The notes under the pieces are model-generated. The model made no database searches. It was not told the DNA's origin and worked only from the letters and a program-made list of their open reading frames with translations. The position numbers and the translations under genes were made by a program. A DNA stretch of 64,000 bases from Octopus vulgaris (taxonomy: Eukaryota), in assembly GCA_951406725.2 (NCBI GenBank), contig OX597824.1:44268001-44332000 (forward strand). The letters run 5' to 3'. The number at the start of each line of letters is the position of its first letter. Within the stretch, counting starts at the first letter, position 1. Below are positions 24,846 to 38,849 of the stretch, piece by piece.

Positions 24846-27800
24846 CAGAGAGTGAGTGACCTTTAATTATAATCGGCAAAAAGTTATAAAGTGACTTAAG
24901 GGCCGAGAGTTTCGTACATGGCCTTTTGATAAGTGCAATATCCGAAACTGTCGGGCCTTGAGACACTTTTATTACTTTATGTCGATTTAAAATAGCAGAA
25001 AAGTACACTCATGTACTGATTCTATTTATCTTGTTTATATATATATGATCGTTTCTGATTCCATGTCAGAGATATAGTTTTAATGTACATATCATGGAAG
25101 TGTTTGCTTTCGCAATATTAAGTTTATTTATGAATTTGTTCGACTTTGACTCGACAATACAGCATGAAAATCAATTCCCCGTTAACCTGCATTCGGTGTG
25201 AGAATGCCTTGCTGTTTAGTAACTTTATTGTATCACACTAATAACGCTCAGAAATGATTAACGTCATATCTTCTTCCCACGCTCAAAGTTGAGGTCTCAT
25301 CGCTACGAAAAAAAAATCTATAATTATATACGTGCATAAATGTTCACATAAAATACTGTTTTTAAATTTCTTTTTATTAATTTTTCTATTTTCGGTTTGC
25401 CGCATTAAAGATCTTTTTCACTCCAAATATTCTACCAAAATATGTGATTACCCCTCAATGGCGAAATGTCGCAATGGCTGAGTAAAAACTTATCGGCTTC
25501 TCTCAACTGAAGAGACAATGGATTCATATCCCGTAAATATCCTGGACAAAAACAGAATATATTTTGCTTTGCAAGACAGAATGGTTTGAGAAAAAAGTAA
25601 GAGGAAGAAAAGTACGAATGACTCGGTAGTGAGGGAGCGAAATATCTCTCTCGAAAATGACATGGGGTGTAAAGGTTAAAAATGAACAAGATCGAATTTT
25701 CTAAGACAAGCGAAATGGACAGGTTTAGAAACTTAGAGCGGACAAGGTCGATTTCCCTCACACGAGAACGATCAATTTGTTTATTTGATATTTTTGTCAC
25801 CTGTTAGAGAGAATGGTTCTTTGTTGTCGGTATCCATACACAGTGCGAATAACGTCATCAGATGGCGGGATCGTAACTAGCGAAATCTGATATTTAGGAG
25901 GCTGCTTTTCTATGCTCTTATAAGGTCAAAATGTTTGTTAAAATCAATAAGAACACACCTTTAAATAAGAGAATAAGTGACAATAATATGTCAACTTAAC
26001 TAAGTGAACTGCACAAAACAGTCAACGAAAATCTATTTTTTGTATAAGGTAGATGTTATATAACTTATAGTGCTTCTGCTTTGAAAAAAAGTGTTTATGT
26101 GAGCACGATGATCAAACTATTTTGTGTGTAGTTCATTTACTTAATAAGTACAGCAAATAAAAAAATATATTAAGAAAAAAACCCCGATGATTGTTTGACG
26201 TATGAGTATGCCTGCGGATATCTGAAATCGGGAGTGGCAAAGAGAGAGAGAGAGAAAAAAGGAAAAAAACCAGATCGCATACCTATAGATTAGTGCCCCG
26301 CCCTCAATTTATGCTTCCTCATAACTTTCTAAAATATGTTTATTTTTTAATGAAACATTTCCGTGATTATGTTAGTAACATTTTCGACAATATTTTTATA
26401 AGAATTATTTTTTTAAATAATTCGTCCATTCGATTTTGTTTCCTCACAACTCTTTCTAAAGTGCATATTTTTTAAATGACATTTTACAGAAATACCTTTT
26501 CAAAAGTGCAGATTACTATTATGCTGATAAAATTGGGGGGGGGGCGTATAGTTTGGGATCATTCTTGCTTTTTCCAACCCCCAACTTACAGGAGTAGGAT
26601 TTGAAATTGCTTAACAAAATTAATATTATCAACATAATCGTAACCCACACCCTCGAAAACTTACTTAGGTAAAAAAAAAAATTGTATGTTAAAGAGGGTA
26701 ATGAAGACATTAAGTCGTGGAGTACCAATCTGTAGTTATGCCAACCGGATCCGGTGTATTGAAACCGATGTGAGTTTATATTTAAAATGATATTCCTAGA
26801 ACTAGGAAGTAATTAAGGTAAAATAATAAAATGTATTCCCTACCCCTATCAAATACACACTTAAAAAGACAAGGAAAAATAGCACTGGGGAGAATGTCAA
26901 GATTTGAGAGGTTATTTTGTTCACAGACCACAGTATATATTTTTAATTAGACGTATGACCTTTCAGTAAGCGACAGATGAAATGGGAGTTTTTGAGGTAC
27001 GTTTTTTCTCAAAGGCATCAGAGAACGAAAACACTCTAAGCGGGATGTAGAATAATTTAGACATACAGTCGGGACAATCAACATGCCCTCTCAACGCACT
27101 AGAAGTAGCAGCTAAATTTCCCTAGAATCACAGCCGTCTTAAAAAAAGTGGAGGAGACATTATATAATTGCAGTTCAAGAAAGCTGTAAAAATAATTTTG
27201 GATATCTTAAAAAGGATTTTGAATACTTGCCTTTCTCATCTCCGAATTGATCATAAAATAATAAGAATAATTTGAAAGTGTATGTTGAAGCTAGTATCTA
27301 CCGGAAGAAATACTATTGTTTATTTTCAGAATGATTTCTTCGGTGCATTAAATAACTGTAGATGTACTTGCACTTTTGGTAAAAGACAAAAATAAGCGGC
27401 ACTTGACTATTAAAAACTTTTTTTTTTTTTTTAAAGTTTTTCTCATACTTTATGTAATAAACTCGAACCTACACGAGTTCCGATTCGGAAATCAATACAC
27501 GCTTTCCTCTCCCCACTTTCTCTCTCTCTCTCTATGTGTGTGTATGTGTGTGTACACACACGCACGCACAAACAGTTAAATTGCTATTAATAAGATATTT
27601 TGTCAACTCCATGTGCCGTAATATCAGCTGATACTCTAATTAATCATCGAGAACAGCAGCAGAGGGTGAATTGACGACATTGTTGTCTAAGTTTGTGTAT
27701 AAATTTCCCACCCTCAATGTAAGGGTGTGTTTGCGTGAGTTGGAGGTGCTTTACGTACGTATGTATGTATGTGTGTGCATGTATGCATGTGGGAATATAT

Positions 27801-27900
27801 GTACGTATGTGCGGATGAATGGATAAAGCATGTACAAGTCACTTAAATCATGTCAAGTTTTATTTTCTTCGGATGTGTGTGTGTTTGAGGTTGATGAAAT

Positions 27901-28311
27901 TCAGTGTGTCGAACAGCTGACACTCCTTCGATTTCGCAACTTGCTTGCTAATTGACCTTCCTCAATTCATGTTATTAGCTTTGTAGAATGATCCGGCTGC
28001 AGTATTTTCACAGCTGACAGCTATTTTGTTTCAAAGAGTAATCTCTGTGAAAGGCCAAGAAACAGTTTCGTGATTTGTTAAGTAGTAAAAACAATTCGAC
28101 ATAGAAAATATACTGTCGGAATGTGCTAATTTCAACGTGATCTTCAGTTGATTATTAAAGAAAGAAATGTTCTGCCGCATAAACTGTAGATAATTTTTAT
28201 AGATGCGTGCTTGCTGTGTGTATTGCAAAAGTATAAATTCCTAAATTCATTAAGGAGAAGAAAGTGGAGGTACTTCCAAGGAAAAGGAAAACGTTTAGGG
28301 AAAGAATTCAG
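27901..28311 (+). promoter_or_regulatory. Candidate transcription start and non-coding first exon within a CpG-retaining domain
   Basis: Initiator-like TCAGT at 27901, several CAGCTG E-boxes (about 27625, 27916, 28011), donor-like CAG|GTAAC at 28311/28312, repeat-poor and CpG-rich context. Confidence 0.25.
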
Positions 28312-28529
28312 GTAACAATAGCAAAGGCGTTGCGGTCCCTGTTCGCAACGTGCTTAAGCTAAAGCGGGTTATTGAGTAATACAAAGTAATATAGTAGTAG
28401 GCATTGATTAAATAAGTTTCTTCCTTCGCACGCACGCACATGCACACACACACACACATGTCAAAATGTGACCCTCAGTGGACAGATGAAAAGGGGAATG
28501 TTCAAATTACCAGCTGTTTCTCGACTACA

Positions 28530-28593
<64 letters not shown>

Positions 28594-28612
28594 CATCCAT
28601 CCATCCATCCAT

Positions 28613-28661
<49 letters not shown>

Positions 28662-28701
28662 TACATACATACATACATACATACATACATGTTGGGGTGT
28701 G

Positions 28702-28925
28702 CAGGGCCAGATTAGGACTCAAAAAGGCCCTAAGTGCCTCTACATATGTAATTTAAAACATAAACAATAATAGCCCATAAAATAAATTTCTCAGATCATA
28801 TAAATCACTTTGAATATTATTTTAACAAGTTTAAAATTATTTCTTTTGTGCCATAAACCATTTTCCATTTCTGTGGTGTCCCCCTTCCCTTGTTGCTTTA
28901 AGCACGTGCTTATTTTGCTTAATAG
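28702..28925 (+). mobile_element. hAT-type MITE fragment (one terminus)
   Basis: Starts CAGGGCCAGATTAGG, similar to the CAGGGCCGG terminus at 45208. Opposite TIR not found. Confidence 0.35.
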
Positions 28926-29829
28926 TTTTTCTTGTGCTGGCATGTGCATTTATGTATACAAATGTGTATATAGATGTGTGTGTGGCTGTGTGGTAAGAAT
29001 CTTGCTTCCCAACCACATGGTTCCAGATTCAGTTCCATTCTGTGACATCATGGGTGTGTGCCTTCTCCTATAGCTGACAATATAACTTTTTTTCTACCCC
29101 TTTGAAGAGACTTTGCCTAATATAACAATTTTAAATAATTGCTATTTAATCTTTTTAGGCTTAATTGAAACAGCTGTAAGGGACTATGTTTGATTTTTGC
29201 AGATAATGAATTTTTATTAAATGCTATATCTCAATTTTGTTATTTTCTTTTGAATGATTATAAACCAGGATTTATATATAAACCTATTGTTTTATGAATG
29301 TTATTATTCACAACAAATGTAATTCATTGGATGATACCATCCCTTAATGAGGCTAATTTAACCTCTAATTGAATATATATATATATATGATGTAATATGA
29401 TATAAAACAATGTAATATGTATATGGTCAGATGGTATATTTCTGGTTATTGCATACTAGACAATATAAAAGTATAAAAATATAACTTTCCAAATTCTTTT
29501 AGAGTGTGCTTTTTTGTTTGACTTGTGGACCTTTGACTGATTTTTTACATACAAACATACATACATACATATATACATAATATTATAAAATATAATATAT
29601 GTGTATTTATTATATATATATGTATATATGTATGTATGTATGTATGTATATGAGTATATTATATTAGGTTTGTATGTGTGTTAGCATGTATATATATAAA
29701 CCATAAATGGTAGGAGGTATACATATTTATTTAACCATATGACATCCTTAGAATTATGGCTATTTTGCAAACTTCTTCATGTAATGTTAATTTCAATATA
29801 GAAAAGATTATGCTTAGATGTTTGAATTA

Positions 29830-29881
<52 letters not shown>

Positions 29882-29884
29882 ATA

Positions 29885-30768
29885 CAGGGTGTGATGGGTA
29901 AATTGCCGCCATTTTATATTTTTAATTTTTGCATACGCAATGTTTGTTTTTGATTTTGTCAACTACACAGTATAGTAGGGTCAGTTGGGCACCATCTGCG
30001 AGAAAAACAGCATCATAACCCAATTCACACTTCCAGAAATTTGGATACAACATACTGTACTGCTTGGCATTCATGCTAGAAGCTCCAATACAAACATTTC
30101 AGAGTGTTTGGGTGTCAATCCGAGGACTGTGCAATCTGAGGACATGTACCGAGGATGATAAAAATCAAACATCCATTCAACATCATGGTGCTTGGAGTGA
30201 TCACTAGTGATGGCAACATTATGCCTCCATTCATCTTCCCACATGGCCTCAGACTCAACACGGAAGCCTACATCAAATGTCTGGATGAGGTAGTGCTGCC
30301 CTGGGTCAAGAGGGTAGCTGCTGTAAGACCCTATGTCTGACAACAATACTCTGCACCATGCCACACAAGCAGAAGAACTCAGTCATAGCTGTGAGGCAAT
30401 TTCTGCAACCACATCACCCCTAACATCTGGCTACCTAACTCCCCAAACTGCAACCCCTTTGATTATTATATGTGGGGCACAAGTGAGCAAGAGACCGACA
30501 GAAATCCTCATAACAGCGAAGATGAACTGAAGGCAAGGATTATGTCAGCATTCATGAACTTAAACAAGAGGACTGTCCAGAAGAGTTGCAGGAGATTCTG
30601 AAGTCATCTGGAGGCAGTGATTGAAGCCAACAGCGATTTTATTGAATAAATTTACTCTTTAGTATTTCAAGATATTTTAATATAATTTTGGTAAATATAT
30701 GTTAAAATGAGATGTCTGTTATTTTCATTTTTGTGTAATTTAGACGACAGTTTATTCACTACACCCTG
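29885..30768 (+). mobile_element. maT-family (DD37D) Tc1/mariner transposon, internally deleted
   Basis: TA|CAGGGTGT..ACACCCTG|TA. Remnant QQ(Y)SAPCH..WLPNSPNCNPFDY, with 37 residues between the last two catalytic positions. Confidence 0.9.
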
Positions 30769-31123
30769 TATATATATATGTATGTATATACACATATGTA
30801 TATATATATGTGTGTGTATGATATATATACACACACATATATATATATATATATATATTTATTTGTTTCAGTTATTAGACTGTGTGTGTTTGCATACCTG
30901 GTGCACAACCTTGAACAGTTGAAGGGTTATAATTTAACAATTGACCCCAGTACTTAGTTTTTTAAGTCTAGTACTTATGCTATTTATCTCTTTCACTGAA
31001 CTACTAAGAGACATGAATGTAAACAAACCAACACCTGTTGTTAAGTGGAGATGGTGGTGAGGAAAATACAGACACAGAGACACATGCACACACACATACA
31101 CATCTTTAGAGATAAACATAAAA

Positions 31124-31154
<31 letters not shown>

Positions 31155-31212
31155 ACAAGTGCAAGAAAGCAACACTGCTTCAATTAGAAATTCTGCTTTA
31201 ACAAATTTTCTG

Positions 31213-31287
<75 letters not shown>

Positions 31288-31290
31288 AAT

Positions 31291-31584
31291 AAATAACAAT
31301 GGATAAGTGTTACTTCATTACAGCTGTTTTCAACAAATTTTTTAAATAGATTAATGAGTACATTACATAATAACAAAAATAAAATGCTTTCTTCAGATTA
31401 TACATAACATTTCAAACAATATAAGAATAACACTATGGTCAAGTGCTGTTCTTATATTGTTTGAAATGTTATGCACAATCTGAAGAAAGCATTTCTTTTA
31501 GTTATGATGTAATGTACTCATTAATCTATTTAAAAATCCATTGGAAACAATTGTAATGTAGTGACACTTATCCATTATTTGTTT
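31291..31584. repeat. Imperfect palindrome with arms of about 140 bp, each carrying a hammerhead-like motif
   Basis: Arms are reverse complements around about 31437. Plus arm: CTGAAGA (31480-86)..GAAA-CAATTG-TA (31544-55). Confidence 0.8.
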
Positions 31585-31979
31585 TTAATTTGTTCATAAT
31601 ACACCTTACTGAAATCCCAACCCACCAGATATTCTGGAGTATACCAAATACCATACGACCAATACAACATACACTTTTGGATTAGCCCACAGGCTATTAA
31701 AATATTCAAGGGTTAAATTCTCTGTATACATAACCTGAATATTTCACTAGATGTACTTCAGTACCTGTGATATTCATTTTGAATAAAAGTACTGTTATAC
31801 AAGTTAATTTGACTCAACCTGTTGCCTATCATTTAAGTACCTGATTCATTTGAATCCTTAATATTGTGTGTATGTGTGTGTATACATACATACACATATA
31901 TACATACACATATACATACATATTTGTGTATTTATGGATAGATGTTTATAATATAATATACTATAAAATTATATTATAT

Positions 31980-32032
<53 letters not shown>

Positions 32033-32488
32033 ATCTCCATTTTTAAATAACGTTGTTGAGATGAAGTACTCAATATAGACGTAGAGTACTGGTCTCTAGT
32101 TTCCATGGCTGCTAGCCATAGTAACTCTGTGTGTGAGAGAGAGAGAATAGTTTATTCACGCCTAGTTAATGGCCTGAATAGACTACACACACACACACAT
32201 GCCAATGTCGCGTAGCATATGCATATGTTATACACACACAACCACACAATTGTTGTGCAGGTCCGTCTTATCAACATTTTTGTCCCCCACCCCGCCTCGA
32301 GTGAAGCAATGCACTGATGCCCCCTACATCCACACACATAGGGTACAGTGATTGAACTCGTGGATCTCCTGGGCAACGGTCCAATTGGTCCATGTTTTAT
32401 AACGGCACTAATCCCATGTCTGTCTGCTTATTTGTTTCTCTCTCTGTATATATATAATATGTATGTGTGTATAGAGATATATGCATAG

Positions 32489-32549
<61 letters not shown>

Positions 32550-33699
32550 TTCACACACTCAGGTACACATACATACACACCTACACATATACAGAGAGAG
32601 AGAGAGAGAGAGAGAGATCCAACTGAACAAAGAAAGTTCTGAAAAATATCTTCGGAAAAGAATATAAATAAAAGCTAAAGGGAGATCACTCCAAGTATAA
32701 ATTTTTATAGAAAGAGCGATTTTGTTAATTTTTCGTTACGTTTATGCTAACTTACGCTCTAGCAAGGAACACATCAGTTTTGCTTGATTTACTACCTTCT
32801 AAATACTTTAGATATTCACGCATATGTTATATTTTATTCTTTTTTAAAACAATGACAAGAAAATCTAATGGAAACATTAATTTTTTTGTAACAATTTGAT
32901 TACCTATTCATATACTGGTTTAATCGTGTCTATAATAAAAGGAGGCGGTTGACAAAAGTTTTCGATATCAAGAATAACCTGAACGAAAATTGTTATAATT
33001 TTATTTCACTAACTGTTGTATAATTTCTCTTTATACTGAGCTGGTGCATCTGTATCGCTTCAACTGAATAACTAACACTAAAGTATGTGTGTTGTGTTGT
33101 GTGCGTGTGTGTGTGTGCGCGCGCGTGTGTGTGTATGTATACTACTCGAAACCCCATTTCATTTCATTAGTTGGTGAAATAAGCATCTATGATGTTTTGC
33201 CTAAACCTGCAGGTTGAGAAATTACAGGAACTACTTAAAGAGGTTGCAAATGTTTCTCTGAAGGATGAATAAAACATTCGCATTGTTACGAACCCGTCAG
33301 TATTTTTAGCAGATATCTCAATCACAAGCATTTCGCTTATCCTGTATGCTTGGCTTGAGTGGGGCAACAAAGACCAGATTAGCCTTCGTCTGCAGAATGG
33401 TTCCATCTATGGGCTCTTGTTAACCACAATCAGCTTGAGCTTTTCTCAATCGCTAATGTTATTTCCTTTATGACTTTCTTCATTTTTTTTCTCTCTTTGA
33501 CCGATCTTCTGTAAGAAATAAAGCAGTAATTTTACTTCCTTAACTAGCTGGTTGATTACTGTTATGCTCAAGACACTCAAATTACCCGGGGGGGGGGGGT
33601 TCCTTCTTTTGTACTTTTCTGTCAATGCATTCATTGGCGAGAGGACACGTTAGTCTTTTAGCAGTGTTGGACTAGAATACTTTATCTTCAATATCTAAC

Positions 33700-34720
33700 A
33701 TGTGGTATCCCTAAAAATTGGTTAAGTCTGTTTTTTAAAGATAAAGCAGCCCCCAGTAAGTGTCCAGACCCAGGATTCCCGTTACTTCTTCCAAAGCATC
33801 CTTAAAAGTTCTGCTAGCTTCTAAAGTTGCAGTGAGAAGTTTTTGTATACTTTGCAAGTGGTACTAGCTGGTCCTGAAGCAGATCATGCCAGAAACATTG
33901 TCATCACTACCCTTACTTCACTGAGAGTAAAACCTGTTACACGACTAGAGTGCTCACAGTTGGAAAGGACAGACTTCCAGTGGAATGCCTCTGCTGAGGT
34001 TGTTATGCACTAAACCATGAACAGCAACCTTAAAACCTTTTTCTATTAAAGGTTATACTAATCTTGCTTTTTTCAATGGCACCAAAGTATAATCACTAAA
34101 CATAGTAAAAAACATTATTGCTGCCAATTCCTCCAAACACAAACAGTATGCATTTAGGCCCTTGAAGGTCACAATGAATGCTATGACTCACCTTCAGTCA
34201 TGTGACAAAACCACATCCTCAATACAACAAAATCTACACTCTCACTCTAACGATTGCTAAAACTACCAACTCTCTATAAAGCTCATGTGGAACCTAGAAT
34301 GGAGTATTGTTCCATATCATGGACAATACTACTGCCACACATCCAGACATCGTAAACTACATTGAAGCTGCTCCCCACTATATTCCAATCTCTGGCCAAT
34401 ATATGTGCTGTGTCCTCTCTCCACCAATTTTACCATTTACTTCAGTAGCCTCTGTTCCTTGGTTCTGGCTCATCCTATGTTATCTCCACTTAGGCACTTC
34501 AGATTCATCACCCATATTCTACCAACCATTCTGTCCCCCACTGATTTCATACATTTCAGTTCGCCCAGATATTCCTCCCAGAATATCACCCCCTTGGAAT
34601 TTTCTCTTTGACCATATTTTTGTTGCACCTATTGATATGAAACTGTTCAAAAGGAACATTAACCACGTTGATCTCACATCTTGGAGATTCTACAAATTCT
34701 ATGGGCATAGTCTTTTCTCA
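33700..34720 (+). mobile_element. Decayed CR1/L2-like LINE ORF2 relic
   Basis: TLYKAHVEPRMEYCSISW (about 34270-34322) resembles LYKAQVRP.MEYCS.IW. SKCPDPG near 33755 resembles KAPGPDG. Confidence 0.5.
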
Positions 34721-35982
34721 TAAAGTGATTAATATCATCATTGTTGAATTGGCAAAGAAACACCAGAGCTAAGATCTGTAGTAAGGTTGTCTTTCAGACA
34801 ACCCTGCCACAGATCTTAGCTCTGCTCTTTAAGCTGGCTGATTGGTGGGTGTGTACTGGCATTGGTTTCTCAATTCCTTCACCATATCCAAAAATCTTGA
34901 ACTCAGCTCAGAATATAATGTCGGACACATTTTAAAAGCAAGTAACTAGGGCTGGAATAAGCATGGTCAAGTATCCACAATCTTGTAAATTACAAATAAA
35001 ATACGTCCTATCATTATGAGATACTCTATATATATACATATATTATTTTCTATTTTCACATCAGTCTTTTCATGCTTGCATAGGTTGCACAGATTTTCAA
35101 TGTTGTAATTTTTCACATAGATGTGTTTTTACTTCCCTATTTTGAGGTTGTTGTGGTTTTTGCTACTACCTATCTTAATTTTTTTATGATGTTGCTTGTT
35201 AGATGTATTTACCAGGGCACCAGCAAAAGTGAAAATTCCTTTTGAGAAATAAGGCATTTTTTTCCTACTCTGTATTTGGCACAAGTAACCATTAACAAAT
35301 CAAAATGGTATTGCTTTTGTCATTGTTTTCATTTGTGTCACTGATATTGATACTGCAGCCACCACCATCACTACCATTTCTATCGCTAGCATTGTTTGGA
35401 CAATTTGATGTACAGTATATCATAATTCTTCTTACTTTTGTATCTTATATTTTAAATTCAAATCCGACTGAAGTCTACTTTGCCTTTCACTTGTGCTCAG
35501 TGCTTCATGTAAGTTGGACATTTAAATGTCCTCCATATCCAATGCTACTTTGCAGAGTCAAACTTTTTATTCATACTTAATCCAGTTTGCATTTTGTACA
35601 GAACAAAGAAACTTTTTGTTGTTGATATGTTCTAGATCAGACTTGAACTAGTGGAATTATGATCAATAGAATTCCAACTGTGGCCTTCCCATTTTTTGTA
35701 CGAAAGAGACTGTCTAATGTATCCTTTTTTCCATTTAAGAAGGGAAGATGTGATTTGAGAGAAATTTGGCTGTCATTTCTAGCAGCTCAAATAAGTATGT
35801 TAAGTTCCCTAATTGTGAACAGAGATAATTAGTTTCTCATCTTCTACCACTTTCTTCCTCTCATTACAACATTGTCACTACAATATTGTTGTCATAGTTG
35901 TTCTACAAGAAGTTCAGTGTTGTAATTCAAGTTGAAGCCATTCTGCTACTTTTTGGGGCTTGTTTCATAAATCCTACATATT

Positions 35983-37647
35983 TAAGGGTTGTACAGGCCC
36001 TTTACAGAGAGGCTGTTAGTAAGGTTAGGATTGGCAGTGAGTATAGTGAAGAATTCCAGGTAGAAGTAGGAGTCCACCAAGGATCAGCCCTCAGTCCCCT
36101 CTTATTCATCATAGTCCTCCAAGCAATAACAGAGGAATTCAAAACAGGTTGCCTCTGGGAGCTCCTCTATGCTGATGATCTGGCTCTCATAGCAGAATCA
36201 CTACCGGAACTAGAAAAGAAATTTTAGGTGTGGAAGCAAGGGTTAGAATCAAAGGGCCTTAGAGTAAATGTAGCAAAGACCAAAGTTATAGTAAGCAGAA
36301 AGGCGAACTCAGCACACACCCCATCGGGCAGGTGGCCCTGCTCGATCTGTAGGAAAGGTGTAGGTAGAAACTCCATAAGATGTACCCAGTGTAAGCTATG
36401 GACGCATAAGAGGTGCAGCAACATTAAAGGGAAATTAAGTGATAAGATAGCTTTCATGTGCGGCAGATGCACAGGGACAGTAGACACCACAGATATTCAG
36501 AAAACAGATTCCATCACACTCCAGGGGAAGAAACTAGAAGTAGTTGATAGTTTCCACTACCTGGGTGACCAAGTTACTAGTGGAGGTGGATGCTCAGAGA
36601 GTGTCACCACTAGAATACAAATAGCCTGGGCAAAGTTTAGAAAGCTCCTACCCCTACTGGCGACAAAGGGTCACTCGCTCAGAGTGAAAGGTAGATTGTA
36701 TGATGCATGTGTGCGAACTGCCATGCTTCACGGTAGTGAAACATGGGCCGTGACTGCAGAGGACATGATTAGACTTGAAAGAAATGAAGCTAGCATGATT
36801 TGCTGGATGTGTAATGTCAGTGTGCGCGCACGACAGAGGATAAGCACCCTGAGAGAAATGCTGGACATAAGAAGCACCAGATGTGGTGTGCAAGAGCGAC
36901 ACTTGCGATGGTATGGTCATATACTGCGGATGGATGAGGAGAGATGTGTGAAGAAGTGCCGCTCCCAAACAGTTGAAGGTATCAGGGGGAGAGGTAGACC
37001 CAGGAAGACATGGGATGAGGTAGTCAAGCATGACCTCAGAGCATTGGGCCTCACAGAGGCAATGGCGAAGGACCGAGATCTCTGGAGATATGCTGTGACT
37101 GCAAAGACCCGGGCTGCTTCCAACACCAGTTCCGCATAGCCCCTGCCCATTCAAAGTACCTTGGATTCCAGAACATCCCGCTGTGCTTGAGGAGACCTAT
37201 TGAGTCAAGTACATGAACATCGAAATAAATATTAATGGAATTAGTAGTTGTGATACCTGTGCCGGTGGCACATAAAAAGCACCATCCGAACGCGGCCGAT
37301 GCCAGTGCCGCCTTGACTGGCTTCTGTGCCGCTGGCACATAAAAAGCACCATCCGAACGTGGCCGATGCCAGCGCCGCCTTGGCTGGCTTCCGTGCCAGT
37401 GGCACGTTAAAAGCACCAACCGATTGTGGGCGATGCCAGACTCCACTGGCACCTGTGCCGGTGGCACGTAAAAAGCACCCACTACACTCACGAGTGGTTG
37501 GCGTTAGAAAGGGCATCCAGCTGTAGAAACACTGCCAGATCAGACTGGAGCCTGGTGCAGCCCCTGGCTTCCCAGACCCCGGTCGAACCGTCCAACCCGT
37601 GCTAGCACGGAAAACGGACGTTAAACGATGATGATGATGATGATGAT
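35983..37647 (+). mobile_element. RTE LINE, 5'-truncated, relatively young (RT C-half with PHD finger, 3' UTR repeat array, (GAT)n tail)
   Basis: VHQGSALSPLLF, LLYADDL, C4HC3 insert, SFHYLG, LHGSETW, RGRGRPRKTW. Confidence 0.95.
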
Positions 37648-37944
37648 ATGAACATAGTTCTTGCTTAATATATTGAAATGTTAAGTCAAAATATTATGAT
37701 TCTCTTCCTAGCATAGGTTGCATCTCTTTAATCCTTATATATATGGGGTAAAAGATTTGATAATTATCCAGATTCAGTAATTTTCATAATTTCTCTACTC
37801 TTTCAGATATATTAGGGTAGAGTGGTGTGGTTGATTCTGTCTCTTGTTCTAAAGGAGTGACTATACTGTGTGTATCTGGTTTTAAATGTATTTTCTGTGA
37901 GCCAATATAATTCCTCTTCATGACATCTGCAGTAGTTGTCTTTA

Positions 37945-38620
37945 CTCTCTACACAAGAGCTTTTTTATGGCACCTGGTGCTAAGTGTACAGAATGGAATA
38001 TTTCTGAAATGACATTCTGGCAGTTGGGGTGCAGTTGTTTCTTGTTTGGGGTTGGATATCTGAAATACAACATTATCTAAGCAGCTAAAGTCATGGGTGC
38101 TGTGTTGTATTTTGATTTTGTAATCATGTCCACAAGTGTTAGACATATGTAATTCAAAAAGGTGTCCAAGGTTGTTGGAAAGATGGTGGATAATTTTGTT
38201 GGTGTGTACCAAGTCAGTTGTCAGACAGATGATATACAATCACTCTTAGAACAGGAGAATGACACTGGCAATTTTCTATTGCTCTGGAGTGACACATTTA
38301 TTGAGGCAGAATTGGAAAAAGAATGAAAGCTGGTGCAAAAGAAAGAATCCACTATGTTTGAGAAGCAGATAAATAACACCATCAAGACCAGGGAGGCATA
38401 GTTGTGCTTATTCTTGAGGTGGCATTGCAGCATTGCAGTTGTAAATTTCACAGATGTTATAGAATTTGATGTCAGAAGTTGTGAAGATGGTACATTTGTA
38501 TTTTCAACTGAAAAATGCTAGCATAGTATTCAACAATAGGTTCTGCACATTCTTTGGGATCATCAGTTATCTAACCTGTATGGGGATTGAAAAAAGGACC
38601 CAACTGGAGAGTGAGGTCTC
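37945..38620 (-). mobile_element. Decayed CR1 LINE 3' fragment, same family as 5411-6045
   Basis: DLVHTNKIIHHLSNNLGHLFELHMSNTCGHDYKIK..HSTHDF matches the translation of the 5570-6045 copy. Confidence 0.8.
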
Positions 38621-38622
38621 TG

Positions 38623-38666
<44 letters not shown>

Positions 38667-38795
38667 GTGAATTATTTTTCTCGTGAATTGTATCAAGATT
38701 ATTTTACACTGGTGGCTGCTGTGATTTCGGCGTGAAATGAATCAGTTGCAGCACAGACTTCAGAACGATGGGTTGGGAGTCTCTAATCATGGTAA

Positions 38796-38849
38796 TGCGT
38801 GCTGAAGAAGCTAAGGCTTATTCTGCCAGTGCAGAAACCGGTCCACGTA
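38796..38849 (+). ncRNA. Type I hammerhead ribozyme with intact core, predicted GUC cleavage after 38843
   Basis: TGCGTG-CTGAAGA-(A GC..GGC loop GCC..GC A)-GAAA-CCGG-TC-CACGTA. 6-bp stem I; palindromic stem III ACCGGT. Confidence 0.8.

Noticed and set aside
33213-33272. Possible exon VEKLQELLKEVANVSLKDE*
   Set aside because: Weak pyrimidine tract, close to a decayed LINE, no corroborating exons.
37495-37535. Ribozyme in the conserved RTE tail (GGTTGGCGTTAG.AAGGGCATCCAGCT)
   Set aside because: It forms a simple hairpin. No hammerhead core or HDV-like nested pseudoknot could be built.
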